19,638 nucleotides of DNA from a virus (lineage: Duplodnaviria; Heunggongvirae; Uroviricota; Caudoviricetes), in the IMG/VR virus record IMGVR_UViG_2695420718_000005, positions 1-19,638 of that record. One strand, given 5' to 3'. This document shows, piece by piece, positions 1 through 7,541 of this stretch. The translations under genes were made by a program, and so were the position numbers. Under the pieces are notes generated by a model. The model saw only the letters and a list, made by a program, of their open reading frames with translations. It ran no database searches and had not been told where the DNA came from. Every line of letters begins with the position of its first letter. Within the stretch, counting starts at the first letter, position 1.

Positions 1-89
1 CGATCTGTTGCCCTGGAAAGTTGATCTGAGCTCTCAGTAAATATCAATACGGTTCTGACGAGTCGCTTACAAACAAAAGGCTGGTTAAC

Positions 90-311
90 ATGAAAAAAAT
101 GGCAATTGTCGATAAAAAGGGTCTGGAGTACATTCCTAATATCGATCGTATGATCCGTGAGAAAGAATGTCGGGAGCTAACCACTCTTGCGAACAGCACA
201 CGCTGGAAGCTGGAGAAGGAAGGAAAATTTCCTAAGCGGATCAAGATTGGTTCCACTGCTGTTGCATATCGTCTTTCAGAAGTGCAGGCATGGATTAGGG
301 GAGAGTGGTAA
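90..311 (+). CDS. alpA: AlpA-family (prophage CP4-57-type) HTH transcriptional regulator
   Basis: 73-aa ORF; the stretch RELTTLANSTRWKLEKEGKFPKRIKIGSTAVAYRLSEVQAWI fits the AlpA/Phage_AlpA HTH pattern with a conserved Trp near the C-terminus; AAGG about 10 nt upstream of the ATG. An integrase would be expected upstream, outside the window. Confidence 0.8.
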   Translation: MKKMAIVDKKGLEYIPNIDRMIREKECRELTTLANSTRWKLEKEGKFPKRIKIGSTAVAYRLSEVQAWIRGEW

Positions 312-330
312 GAATTTAGACAGTGGATGT

Positions 331-357
331 AATCCTATGGGGTAAACCCATAGGATT
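331..357. terminator. Perfect 11-bp inverted repeat (aatcctatggg / cccataggatt, 5-nt loop) between convergent genes; possible bidirectional terminator
   Basis: Read directly: lies between the alpA stop (311) and the stop of the minus-strand 449-aa gene (363). No clear U-tract on either side, so intrinsic termination is uncertain. Confidence 0.35.
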
Positions 358-362
358 TGAAA

Positions 363-1712
363 TCACTTAAATTCAAATACGTGCGTAGTTGATGAGATTA
401 TATAATTAGGTGGTAAGTATTGAACTATTTCTCCATCTTCTTCAAAAATATGAATAACTCTTGGGAATAATTCAGGGTGTATAGGATTTAATGCCTTCGG
501 ATTATGAAACATGTATATTGCTGTACACCATGGTTCTTGATATGAAGGTGCATTGACAAGAGCAGTAAAAGGCATTGGGGTACAGCCTTCATCAGTTTTA
601 ATACCTCTAACGATGGATTTGACATTTTTTTGTTCAATCCCTGCCACTACTCCCATCCTATCAAATTTTGGGATGGTGGCATGTGTCGCAAGTAATATGG
701 CTGAGACATTCTCATTTTTATTAGAGCCGAAAAAATTAGATTGTATACTTCGATTTTCAAATAAATGTTGTTCAATTTTACTTCCAGAATCCATATCTAC
801 ACCATACAGATAGCTTTGTAGTGCTGGCATTGATATACTCATCGAAAATCTGCGTGAGTAATCGTGTAAAGCAATAATGAAAGGCTTTCCTTTTGTATGA
901 TCTAGTTCCCAATAGCATAATTTTAAGGGTTCAGGTTTATGCCTAACTTTCTTTAATAGAGTGCGGGCAAATTTGAATGGCATTTGTTCTTTTACATATC
1001 TCTGAAGATCTTCTACTGCCTCATGATCAAGTATCAATTTCTCGGTAGGTTCCTCTTGTTCTGCAACTGTGGCAGCTTCTACAGCAATATCAATGCCATT
1101 TTTTGAGATAATATAATCAGGTTGAGCATAATCTCTGCATATTACGAAATCCATTTCGTAGAAAACTGCGTTTAGATAAAGTTCGAATAAGCGAGAGTTA
1201 AATGAAGCACTCTGGAAATCTCTGATGAATATTCCATCAGGATCTTTACACCAATAAGCTAACTCTTGCATAACAATAAATGCAGGATAGTGTTTGGGTT
1301 CCTCAAGTAGCATTCTTAGATAAACGTTTTTTTTATGTTCTGGAACTTTGGCTAGGAATATTGAAAATGCCGACTCTGATTCGTCACCCTGTATAAAACA
1401 ACCGTTCTTGTGTAGTGATAATAGCTCTGGTATGGCTTTTTCCATATCAGTAATTAAATCATCTTTAGATTCACGGGATACAATTACTTTAATCGCTCTA
1501 AATTTTTTATCTAAATCCCTACCTAGAAATATAGCGTTGTAATCATTATCTATTTTACAAAAAACAATTGTTGCTAAGATCGTGACATCATCCTTTATAA
1601 ATTTGAACCAACAGATTTCCTCCGAAAAGGTTTTTACGTATGGTGTACGACCATAGAAAAATACATCAAATTGTTCTTTACTGATTTCTAGCATTTTGTG
1701 ACTTGTTGTCAT
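363..1712 (-). CDS. Hypothetical 449-aa protein, visibly AT-rich cargo gene; no family recognised
   Basis: Long uninterrupted minus-strand ORF, much more AT-rich than the flanking phage genes; 23 bp downstream of and co-oriented with the RHH gene. No Walker A or other motif I can name confidently; a weak PD-(D/E)xK-like pattern (FVICRD...PDYIIS...IDIAVEAAT) is only suggestive. Confidence 0.7.
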   Translation of the reverse strand: MTTSHKMLEISKEQFDVFFYGRTPYVKTFSEEICWFKFIKDDVTILATIVFCKIDNDYNAIFLGRDLDKKFRAIKVIVSRESKDDLITDMEKAIPELLSLHKNGCFIQGDESESAFSIFLAKVPEHKKNVYLRMLLEEPKHYPAFIVMQELAYWCKDPDGIFIRDFQSASFNSRLFELYLNAVFYEMDFVICRDYAQPDYIISKNGIDIAVEAATVAEQEEPTEKLILDHEAVEDLQRYVKEQMPFKFARTLLKKVRHKPEPLKLCYWELDHTKGKPFIIALHDYSRRFSMSISMPALQSYLYGVDMDSGSKIEQHLFENRSIQSNFFGSNKNENVSAILLATHATIPKFDRMGVVAGIEQKNVKSIVRGIKTDEGCTPMPFTALVNAPSYQEPWCTAIYMFHNPKALNPIHPELFPRVIHIFEEDGEIVQYLPPNYIISSTTHVFEFK

Positions 1713-1735
1713 AGAAGAATCCTTTATGCAAATTA

Positions 1736-1930
1736 TCAGCCTTTAGGTGTTATTCCTTGTTTTATTAGTTCGGCACGAGCCAGTTCTTTTAGCCAGTTAC
1801 CTAAGCTCATCCCTTCTTTGGCAGCGACATTAACCATTTGTTCTTTTAATTCTGGGTTAATACGGACTTGGAATGCTGGTGCTTTACCTGCACCTTTCGG
1901 TTGTTTATCACGTTGAATGATAGTTGACAT
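1736..1930 (-). CDS. Arc/MetJ-type ribbon-helix-helix DNA-binding protein (64 aa)
   Basis: PAFQVRINPELKEQMVNVAAKEGMSLGNWLKELARAEL resembles the Arc-repressor layout (N-terminal beta-strand then two helices); first gene of a two-gene minus-strand operon. Confidence 0.55.
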   Translation of the reverse strand: MSTIIQRDKQPKGAGKAPAFQVRINPELKEQMVNVAAKEGMSLGNWLKELARAELIKQGITPKG

Positions 1931-1952
1931 GTGTGTACCTATTGCTTAGTAT
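1924..1952 (+). promoter_or_regulatory. Candidate sigma70 promoter (TTGACA, 17-nt spacer, TAGTAT) reading rightward into the small-gene/primase operon
   Basis: ttgaca at 1924-1929, 17-nt spacer, tagtat at 1947-1952; overlaps the inverted repeat at 1931-1972. Confidence 0.4.
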
Positions 1953-1972
1953 GATTCTTGATAGGTACACAC
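1931..1972. promoter_or_regulatory. Perfect 12-bp inverted repeat (gtgtgtacctat ... ataggtacacac, 18-bp spacer); candidate operator
   Basis: Read directly; sits immediately 5' of the RHH gene start codon (minus strand) and overlaps the candidate rightward promoter, i.e. in the divergent control region. Confidence 0.45.
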
Positions 1973-2069
1973 CTTATCATGTTTTATTGCTATATAACAA
2001 CGCCCTGCAGTGCTCGCAACACATACAGGGCGTCTAACCACCAACGATAGCAACAGTATCGAGGTAGCT

Positions 2070-2273
2070 ATGAGAAATCATACCACACACCCGCAAGGGC
2101 GGGATTCGCACAACCTGAATAAATACATCTGGCGTTTTATCGCCCTGAGCACCGCACAACCACGCGTAATACACATCGAGGCCGCCAGCGAACAGGAAGC
2201 CCGCCAGCAATCCCCAACTGGCTACGTGATGATATTCGCCGCCCGTATTCGTCAGGAGGTGTGCCGTGCTTAA
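2070..2273 (+). CDS. Hypothetical small protein (67 aa from the internal ATG)
   Basis: ATG at 2070 preceded by GAGG; the longer ORF from 2010 lacks an RBS. Same strand and operon as the downstream coupled genes. Confidence 0.35.
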   Translation: MRNHTTHPQGRDSHNLNKYIWRFIALSTAQPRVIHIEAASEQEARQQSPTGYVMIFAARIRQEVCRA

Positions 2274-2451
2274 AACCTTCCGTGTATTTGCCCGAGCTGT
2301 TAACCCACTGGGCCACACAATTGGTATCACTCAGAACGTGAAGGCTGTTAATGTTCAGACGGCTATTGCTGCGGTGAGAAGCGAATCATCAGAATATGGC
2401 TTATCACAAGTCATTATTTCAGCAGTGTATGAATTAAAAGAGGTGCATTAA
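2266..2451 (+). CDS. Hypothetical small protein (61 aa)
   Basis: GTG start 6 nt after a strong AGGAGG RBS (2254-2259); stop overlaps the next start (ATGA at 2451). Confidence 0.45.
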   Translation: MLKTFRVFARAVNPLGHTIGITQNVKAVNVQTAIAAVRSESSEYGLSQVIISAVYELKEVH

Positions 2452-2642
2452 TGCAGGAAATCACATTACACGAAGCCGCTGAACGTGCGCACCAGACAGA
2501 AATTATTTGCCGCCTTCTTGAGGTATACCCGAACAAAATTACAGATGCTGATATATCCGCGCTGGCGAGCCTACTGGCGCGCCTTTCGGGAAGTGTCGCT
2601 AGTTTCCTGATTGAGGAAGAAAGTAAGCTGGTGGGGGATTAA
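2451..2642 (+). CDS. Hypothetical small protein (63 aa)
   Basis: Start overlaps the upstream stop; stop overlaps the next start; translationally coupled operon. Confidence 0.45.
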   Translation: MQEITLHEAAERAHQTEIICRLLEVYPNKITDADISALASLLARLSGSVASFLIEEESKLVGD

Positions 2643-2864
2643 ATGAATACAGAACGGGAAGTCTTTTTTAAATTGTTAGCATGTGCAGAAAGTTCATTAA
2701 CTTTAAATAATTCAGCAAAAGCAATATTAAATATGTGGCTTGATTGCATAAATGACAATGAAGATGCAAATATTGCTTATGGCCTGTTGTCACTTATTGA
2801 TGAATCAGCAGAAAAACTCAATGACGCAATAAATAGTGCCCTGCTATCAAATAAGTCGAGTTAA
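2643..2864 (+). CDS. Hypothetical small protein (73 aa), AT-rich
   Basis: ORF in the same coupled series. Confidence 0.4.
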   Translation: MNTEREVFFKLLACAESSLTLNNSAKAILNMWLDCINDNEDANIAYGLLSLIDESAEKLNDAINSALLSNKSS

Positions 2865-2881
2865 GTCGAGGAATAAATAAT

Positions 2882-3181
2882 ATGGAAATGAAAAATTCTG
2901 GCTTTATTGCCAGCGGCCCCGCTCGGCCTGAATTTATGAACGGCGATATTTACCGCGATAAATACGGCGGCACGGTAACGATTAAAGGCGTGGCAGAACG
3001 GCGCATCACTTACCGCCGTGAGGGGTATAGCTATGACTGCGTGATGCCTGTTTATCAGTTCCGGCGTGATTTTTCCCTGGTATATGCCGCACCCCGCAGT
3101 AAGCCCATCAGCAGGGAAAAAGCGCGGGGAAACATCCAGAAAATGAAAAGCATGATTAACGCATTCAGGGGCAAAAAATGA
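2882..3181 (+). CDS. Hypothetical protein (99 aa); stop overlaps the primase start
   Basis: ATG at 2882 preceded by gaggaataaataat; the stop overlaps the ATG of the 583-aa gene (ATGA at 3178-3181). Confidence 0.5.
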   Translation: MEMKNSGFIASGPARPEFMNGDIYRDKYGGTVTIKGVAERRITYRREGYSYDCVMPVYQFRRDFSLVYAAPRSKPISREKARGNIQKMKSMINAFRGKK

Positions 3182-4929
3182 AACTGGCACCGAACTTAAA
3201 AAAACAGCCACGCGACAGACTGACAGAGGTAATCATCTTTGCAGGTAGTGATGCGTGGAGCCATGCGAAAGAGTGGCGGGAATGGGCGGGTAAACATATT
3301 GCCGCCGACGATGTGCCGCCTGTCGTGCTGGCTGATGAGCAACTGAAAAATATCACCGATTACCGGATCATTGATGAAGATCGTCAGTGTGTGCGTGTTT
3401 ACCGCGCAGGACATATCACAGAGCACAGCATGACGCAGATTGTTACGTTACTGGCTGTGGCTGGAGTGAAGACCGTACACGAATACGCGGGGATTACTGA
3501 CACCAGCCCAGTGGATTTATCCGAGCAGTTGCCGCGACTCAAAGAGGAATGCGAGCGTGGGGAAAGTCTGGTGCTTAATCTTCCGACGAAGCAAAAGGCG
3601 CAACTTTCACAGATGGCAGACAGTGAACGTGCACAACTACTTGCCGATCGCTTTGATGGTGTGTGTGTTCATGCAGAAAGTGAAATCGTCCACGTATGGC
3701 GCGGCGGGGTATGGTGTCCGGTCAGCACAATGGAGCTGAGCCGCGAAATGGTGGCGATCTATTCAGAGCACAGGGCCACGTTCAGCAAACGTGTAATCAA
3801 TAACGCCGTGGAAGCGTTAAAAGTTATTGCCGACCCCATGGGGGAGCCGTCCGGTGATTTGCTACCGTTCACTAATGGTGTGCTTAACCTGAAAACGGGG
3901 GAATTTTCTCCGCACTCGCCGGAGCACTGGAGCACCACGCACAATGGCATTGAGTACACGCCACCAGTAGCAGGGGAAAACATCCGCGATAATGCGCCAA
4001 ATTTCCATAAATGGCTTGAACATGCTGCAAGAAAAGACCCGCGTAAGATGATGCGTATATGTGCCGCGTTATACATGATTATGGCGAACCGCTACGACTG
4101 GCAGATGTTCATTGAGGCCACCGGAGACGGGGGAAGCGGTAAGAGTACATTTACCCATATTGCCACCCTGCTTGCTGGCAAACAGAACACCGTAAGCGCG
4201 GAGATGACATCACTCGATGATGCAGGAGGGCGCGCGCAGGTTGTCGGGAGTCGTCTTATCGTCCTTGCCGATCAGCCGAAATATACGGGGGAAGGCACGG
4301 GCATCAAGAAAATCACGGGAGGCGATCCCGTTGAAATTAACCCGAAATATGAGAAGCGATTCACGACGATAATAAGGGCGGTGGTACTGGCAACCAATAA
4401 CGACCCGATGATCTTTACCGAACGGGCCGGAGGTGTGTCACGCCGTCGGGTGATTTTCCGGTTCGACAACATTGTAAGGGAGGACGAAAAAGACAAGGAA
4501 TTACCGGAAAAGATAGCGGCAGAAATCCCCGTAATTATCCGCCGCTTGCTGGCTAATTTTGCTGCCCCTGAAAAGGCACGGGCTTTATTACTGGAACAGC
4601 GTGACGGTGATGAAGCTCTGGCAATAAAGCAGCAAACGGATCCGGTTGTTGAGCTTTGCGCGGCGCTGGAGTTTCTGGAGGAAGCTCGTGGGCTAATGAT
4701 GGGCGGTGGTGGTGACACCGTGAAGTACACGACCAGAAACAGCCTTTACCGTGTCTATATGGCCTTCATGGCATACACAGGAAAGGGGAAATGTTTGAGC
4801 GTGAATGAGTTCGGAAAGGCTATGAGGTCAGCGGCGAAAGTTTACGGATATGAATATATTACGCGAAAAGTTAAGGGAGTCACGCAGACCAACGCAACGA
4901 CTACTGATGATTGCGATGCGTTTTTATAA
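3178..4929 (+). CDS. P4-family phage/plasmid primase C-terminal domain / D5-N-like SF3 helicase replication protein (583 aa)
   Basis: Walker A motif GDGGSGKST in the context typical of P4 alpha / PICI Pri-Rep C-terminal helicase domains; immediately followed by an iteron array. Confidence 0.85.
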   Translation: MKLAPNLKKQPRDRLTEVIIFAGSDAWSHAKEWREWAGKHIAADDVPPVVLADEQLKNITDYRIIDEDRQCVRVYRAGHITEHSMTQIVTLLAVAGVKTVHEYAGITDTSPVDLSEQLPRLKEECERGESLVLNLPTKQKAQLSQMADSERAQLLADRFDGVCVHAESEIVHVWRGGVWCPVSTMELSREMVAIYSEHRATFSKRVINNAVEALKVIADPMGEPSGDLLPFTNGVLNLKTGEFSPHSPEHWSTTHNGIEYTPPVAGENIRDNAPNFHKWLEHAARKDPRKMMRICAALYMIMANRYDWQMFIEATGDGGSGKSTFTHIATLLAGKQNTVSAEMTSLDDAGGRAQVVGSRLIVLADQPKYTGEGTGIKKITGGDPVEINPKYEKRFTTIIRAVVLATNNDPMIFTERAGGVSRRRVIFRFDNIVREDEKDKELPEKIAAEIPVIIRRLLANFAAPEKARALLLEQRDGDEALAIKQQTDPVVELCAALEFLEEARGLMMGGGGDTVKYTTRNSLYRVYMAFMAYTGKGKCLSVNEFGKAMRSAAKVYGYEYITRKVKGVTQTNATTTDDCDAFL

Positions 4930-4942
4930 AAAATGGCAATGG

Positions 4943-5171
4943 TTATCTACCTTGTCTACCTGACTGAAAGAAAATACTTTTATTTCAATGTATTAATGCA
5001 GGTAGATAACTATTTTTCACTGTCTACCTGTTATCTACCTTATCTACCCATTTTTGTAGACAGGTAAGGAGACGGGTAGAGATGAGGTAGACAGCTATTT
5101 GGGGCTGTCTACCTCCCTGAAACCCGCGCCATTACTGGCCTGATAACTAATCAGGTAGACAAGGTAGACAA
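4943..5171. repeat. Iteron array (about 11 copies of GGTAGAYA / TRTCTACC in both orientations) with AT-rich flanks; candidate replication origin
   Basis: Read directly: ttatctacc-ttgtctacc (4943-4960), ggtagataa (5001-5009), tgtctacc / ttatctacc / ttatctacc (5021-5048), gtagacagg (5056-5064), ggtagaca (5087-5094), tgtctacc (5106-5113), ggtagacaa-ggtagacaa (5154-5171); AT-rich stretch at 4967-4998. Confidence 0.75.
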
Positions 5172-5218
5172 GGTGGTGGTGCACAAAAAACTTTTTAAAC
5201 GAGGGGGTAAAAATAAAA

Positions 5219-5476
5219 ATGCACACATCAGGAAAACTGAACAAACATATAAAGCCACATTACCGCGCCCTTGATATGGCTGAACACTGGCTAAGGGTGG
5301 CGATTAAGGCAATAGACCGCAACGCCGGGGAAGGATACGCGAAAGCACATCCCGAACTGATAAGCGCATTCATGACAACGGCGGCTGCAAACTTTGCCAC
5401 GCTGACCGAACGGGAGATTGCTGAAGCGGAGGAAGTGACAACAATCAATATTAAGTCCGGAGAGCAGGCAGCATGA
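5219..5476 (+). CDS. Hypothetical protein (85 aa)
   Basis: ORF directly downstream of the iterons; its stop overlaps the ssb start (ATGA at 5473). Confidence 0.5.
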   Translation: MHTSGKLNKHIKPHYRALDMAEHWLRVAIKAIDRNAGEGYAKAHPELISAFMTTAAANFATLTEREIAEAEEVTTINIKSGEQAA

Positions 5477-5922
5477 CGGCGCAAATATCAGTTTACGGGC
5501 GGTTGGTGGACGACCCGCAGACAAAACAGACCAGCAAGGGCACCCCCATGACGCTGGCGCGTATGGCGGTATCACTGCCCTGCAGTCAGTCGGATGACGG
5601 TCTGGCGACGTTGTGGTTATCTGTCCTGGCGTTTGGCAGACAAGCCGACGCGCTGGCAAAGCATCACAAAGGCGAACTCCTGAGCGTGGCGGGTAACATG
5701 CAGATGAGCCAGTGGACTGGACAGAACGGCGAAACGCGGCAGGGCTGGCAGGTTATCGCAGACAGCGTAATCAGTGCGCGATCGGTGCGACCGGGCGGCA
5801 AAAAAGGCCAACAGGGGCAGGCTACTGACGCACTGAACAGAGCAAAACAACAGGCAGATCAGCAAGGAAGCCAGCCACCAGAGGGAGATAATGAGCAATG
5901 GGGAGATGATATCCCGTTTTAA
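5473..5922 (+). CDS. ssb: Single-stranded DNA-binding protein (149 aa)
   Basis: N-terminal OB-fold-like region, Gln/Gly-rich linker and the diagnostic acidic C-terminal tail ending DDIPF (E. coli SSB ends DDDIPF). Confidence 0.85.
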   Translation: MTAQISVYGRLVDDPQTKQTSKGTPMTLARMAVSLPCSQSDDGLATLWLSVLAFGRQADALAKHHKGELLSVAGNMQMSQWTGQNGETRQGWQVIADSVISARSVRPGGKKGQQGQATDALNRAKQQADQQGSQPPEGDNEQWGDDIPF

Positions 5923-5940
5923 ATATTGCCAATAAAAAAA

Positions 5941-5964
5941 GCCGGAAAAAATAAATTTTCCGGC
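5941..5964. other. Palindrome gccggaaaa-aataaa-ttttccggc between ssb and the capsid-like gene
   Basis: Perfect 9-bp arms read directly; could be a terminator-like structure or a protein-binding site. Confidence 0.3.
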
Positions 5965-6138
5965 ATGCTACATAAATCCCGACCAAAGGGAGTGAAGATA
6001 TTAACACTAATTGTCCGCACTGAAGTTGTCACCCCAAAACTTTATACAACATTGCACTCGGTTGCATGTGTTCGCATGACAAATATCGGTGATAGCATAT
6101 ATCCACAATTATTTTTAATGAATGCAAAGAGGATGCGT

Positions 6139-7179
6139 ATGGTTGATTTATATTCGCCTACCCAGCTTGTACAGGTGGTTAATGCTGTAGATGTACAAAA
6201 ACAACTAAATGCGTTGTTTACCAGTTTGTTTTTTACTCGCTCGGTAATGTTTGGATCGCGCGATATTATTCTTGATACAATCGACGATCCAAATATCCCA
6301 ATTGCAGCGTTTTGTTCTCCTATGGTGGGTAGTAAAGTTTCACGTGACGAAGGGTACGAATCAAAAACAATTCGTCCAGGCTATATGAAGCCGAAAAGCA
6401 GCATTGATCCAAATAAGTTAGCTGTGCGCCCTGCTGGTGTATCACCTGAGCAATACAATGCTTTTGGGGCGCGTAATATTAAAGTTAAACAGGCGATTGT
6501 AAATCAAGCTAAAGCTATTCGTGCACGTATTGAATGGCTTGCCGTTCAGGCAATCACAACGGGGAAAAATATCATTGAGGGCGATGGTATTGAACGTTAT
6601 GAGCTGGACTGGAATATTAAACCACAAAATATCATCACTCAGTCTGGCGGTACTGAGTGGTCAGGTAAGGATAAAGAAACTTTTGATCCAAATGATGATA
6701 TTGAGAGCTACGCAGAATTTAGTGAGGGCGTCACTAATATCATCATTATGGGCGGTAATGTATGGAAGAAATACCGTTCATTCAGAGCGATAAAAGAGGC
6801 TCTGGATACCCGTCGTGGTTCTAATTCCGAACTGGAAACGGCCCTTAAAGACCTTGGTGATTCGGTGAGTTTTAAAGGATATATGGGCGATGTTGCGATT
6901 GTTGTTTACAGCGGGCGTTATACCGACGAGGACGGAACTGAAAAACATTTCCTTGATCCTGATTTGATGGTGCTTGGCAATACGGCTCTTCAGGGGATTG
7001 TCGCCTATGGCGGTATTCAGGATCCGGAGCTAATCCGAATGGGGCTGACTAAAGCCGAACTTGCACCGAAAAACTATATTGTGCCTGGTGATCCGGCTAT
7101 TGAATATGTGCAGACACATTCAGCACCACAGCCAATACCGGCCCGCATCAATCGTTTTGTTACCGTTCGCATTGGCTAA
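6139..7179 (+). CDS. Major capsid protein, diverged homologue of lambda gpE (347 aa from the RBS-preceded ATG)
   Basis: Segments PGYMKPK, ITQSGGTEWSGKDKETFDPNDDIESYA and LDTRRGSNSELETALKDLGDSVSFKGYMGDVAIVVYSG align with remembered lambda E; AAAGAGGA RBS before the ATG at 6139. The longer ORF from 5926 has no homology in its extension. Confidence 0.8.
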   Translation: MVDLYSPTQLVQVVNAVDVQKQLNALFTSLFFTRSVMFGSRDIILDTIDDPNIPIAAFCSPMVGSKVSRDEGYESKTIRPGYMKPKSSIDPNKLAVRPAGVSPEQYNAFGARNIKVKQAIVNQAKAIRARIEWLAVQAITTGKNIIEGDGIERYELDWNIKPQNIITQSGGTEWSGKDKETFDPNDDIESYAEFSEGVTNIIIMGGNVWKKYRSFRAIKEALDTRRGSNSELETALKDLGDSVSFKGYMGDVAIVVYSGRYTDEDGTEKHFLDPDLMVLGNTALQGIVAYGGIQDPELIRMGLTKAELAPKNYIVPGDPAIEYVQTHSAPQPIPARINRFVTVRIG

Positions 7180-7188
7180 GGGGGAGCA

Positions 7189-7530
7189 ATGGCTACTCAT
7201 TACACTGAACTCATGGCTGGCACTGAAGCACTGGTGACTACGCTGGGGATATTTTCAGCTAATAAAGGGGTAATTCCTGCATTTACGCCACTGATGCAGG
7301 AAGATGCAACAGGTGCACTGGTGGTATGGGATGGTTCGAGCGTAGGTAAAGCGGTTTATGTTTCCGCTGTACAAATCGACACCGCGAAAAAAACACAGGC
7401 TCAGGTCTATAAGACAGGTGTCTTAAATGTTGATGCTCTGAACTGGCCTGAGTCTGTAAAAGAACTGTCAGTAAAGATTGCAGCGTTTGTTGGCTCAGGT
7501 ATTTCTGTTCAGCCGCTGGCTCGTGTGTAA
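7189..7530 (+). CDS. Head decoration protein, lambda gpD-like (113 aa)
   Basis: PAFTPLMQEDATGALVVWDG, YKTGVLNVDALNWPE and AAFVGSGISV align with remembered lambda D (TPLMLDTSSRKLVAWDG, YKSGTFRYEDVLWPE, TAFAGTAISI); GGGGGAG RBS. Confidence 0.75.
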   Translation: MATHYTELMAGTEALVTTLGIFSANKGVIPAFTPLMQEDATGALVVWDGSSVGKAVYVSAVQIDTAKKTQAQVYKTGVLNVDALNWPESVKELSVKIAAFVGSGISVQPLARV

Positions 7531-7541
7531 AGGGGGATACA

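Noticed and set aside
44-256. 70-aa minus-strand ORF overlapping alpA
   Set aside because: Antisense to a well-supported HTH gene, no RBS, low-complexity translation; likely spurious.
553-1542. Plus-strand ORFs (553..813, 1348..1542) inside the 449-aa gene
   Set aside because: Fully embedded antisense in a longer ORF; AT-rich sequence yields chance ORFs; no start signals.
2010-2069. N-terminal extension of the first small ORF (start at 2010)
   Set aside because: No RBS before 2010, whereas the internal ATG at 2070 has a GAGG motif; the extension is probably untranslated leader.
3557-4730. ORFs 3557..3739 (+), 3759..4076 (-), 4272..4730 (-) within the primase/helicase gene
   Set aside because: Embedded in or antisense to a long ORF with a recognisable Walker A motif; no independent support.
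4943-5171. Possible CRISPR array
   Set aside because: Repeats are only 8-9 bp, occur in both orientations with irregular spacing and no cas genes nearby; pattern fits replication iterons, not CRISPR.
5926-6138. Long N-terminal extension of the E-like ORF (417-aa version)
   Set aside because: The extension has no similarity to capsid proteins and contains the palindrome; the ATG at 6139 has a good RBS and gives a protein co-linear with lambda E.
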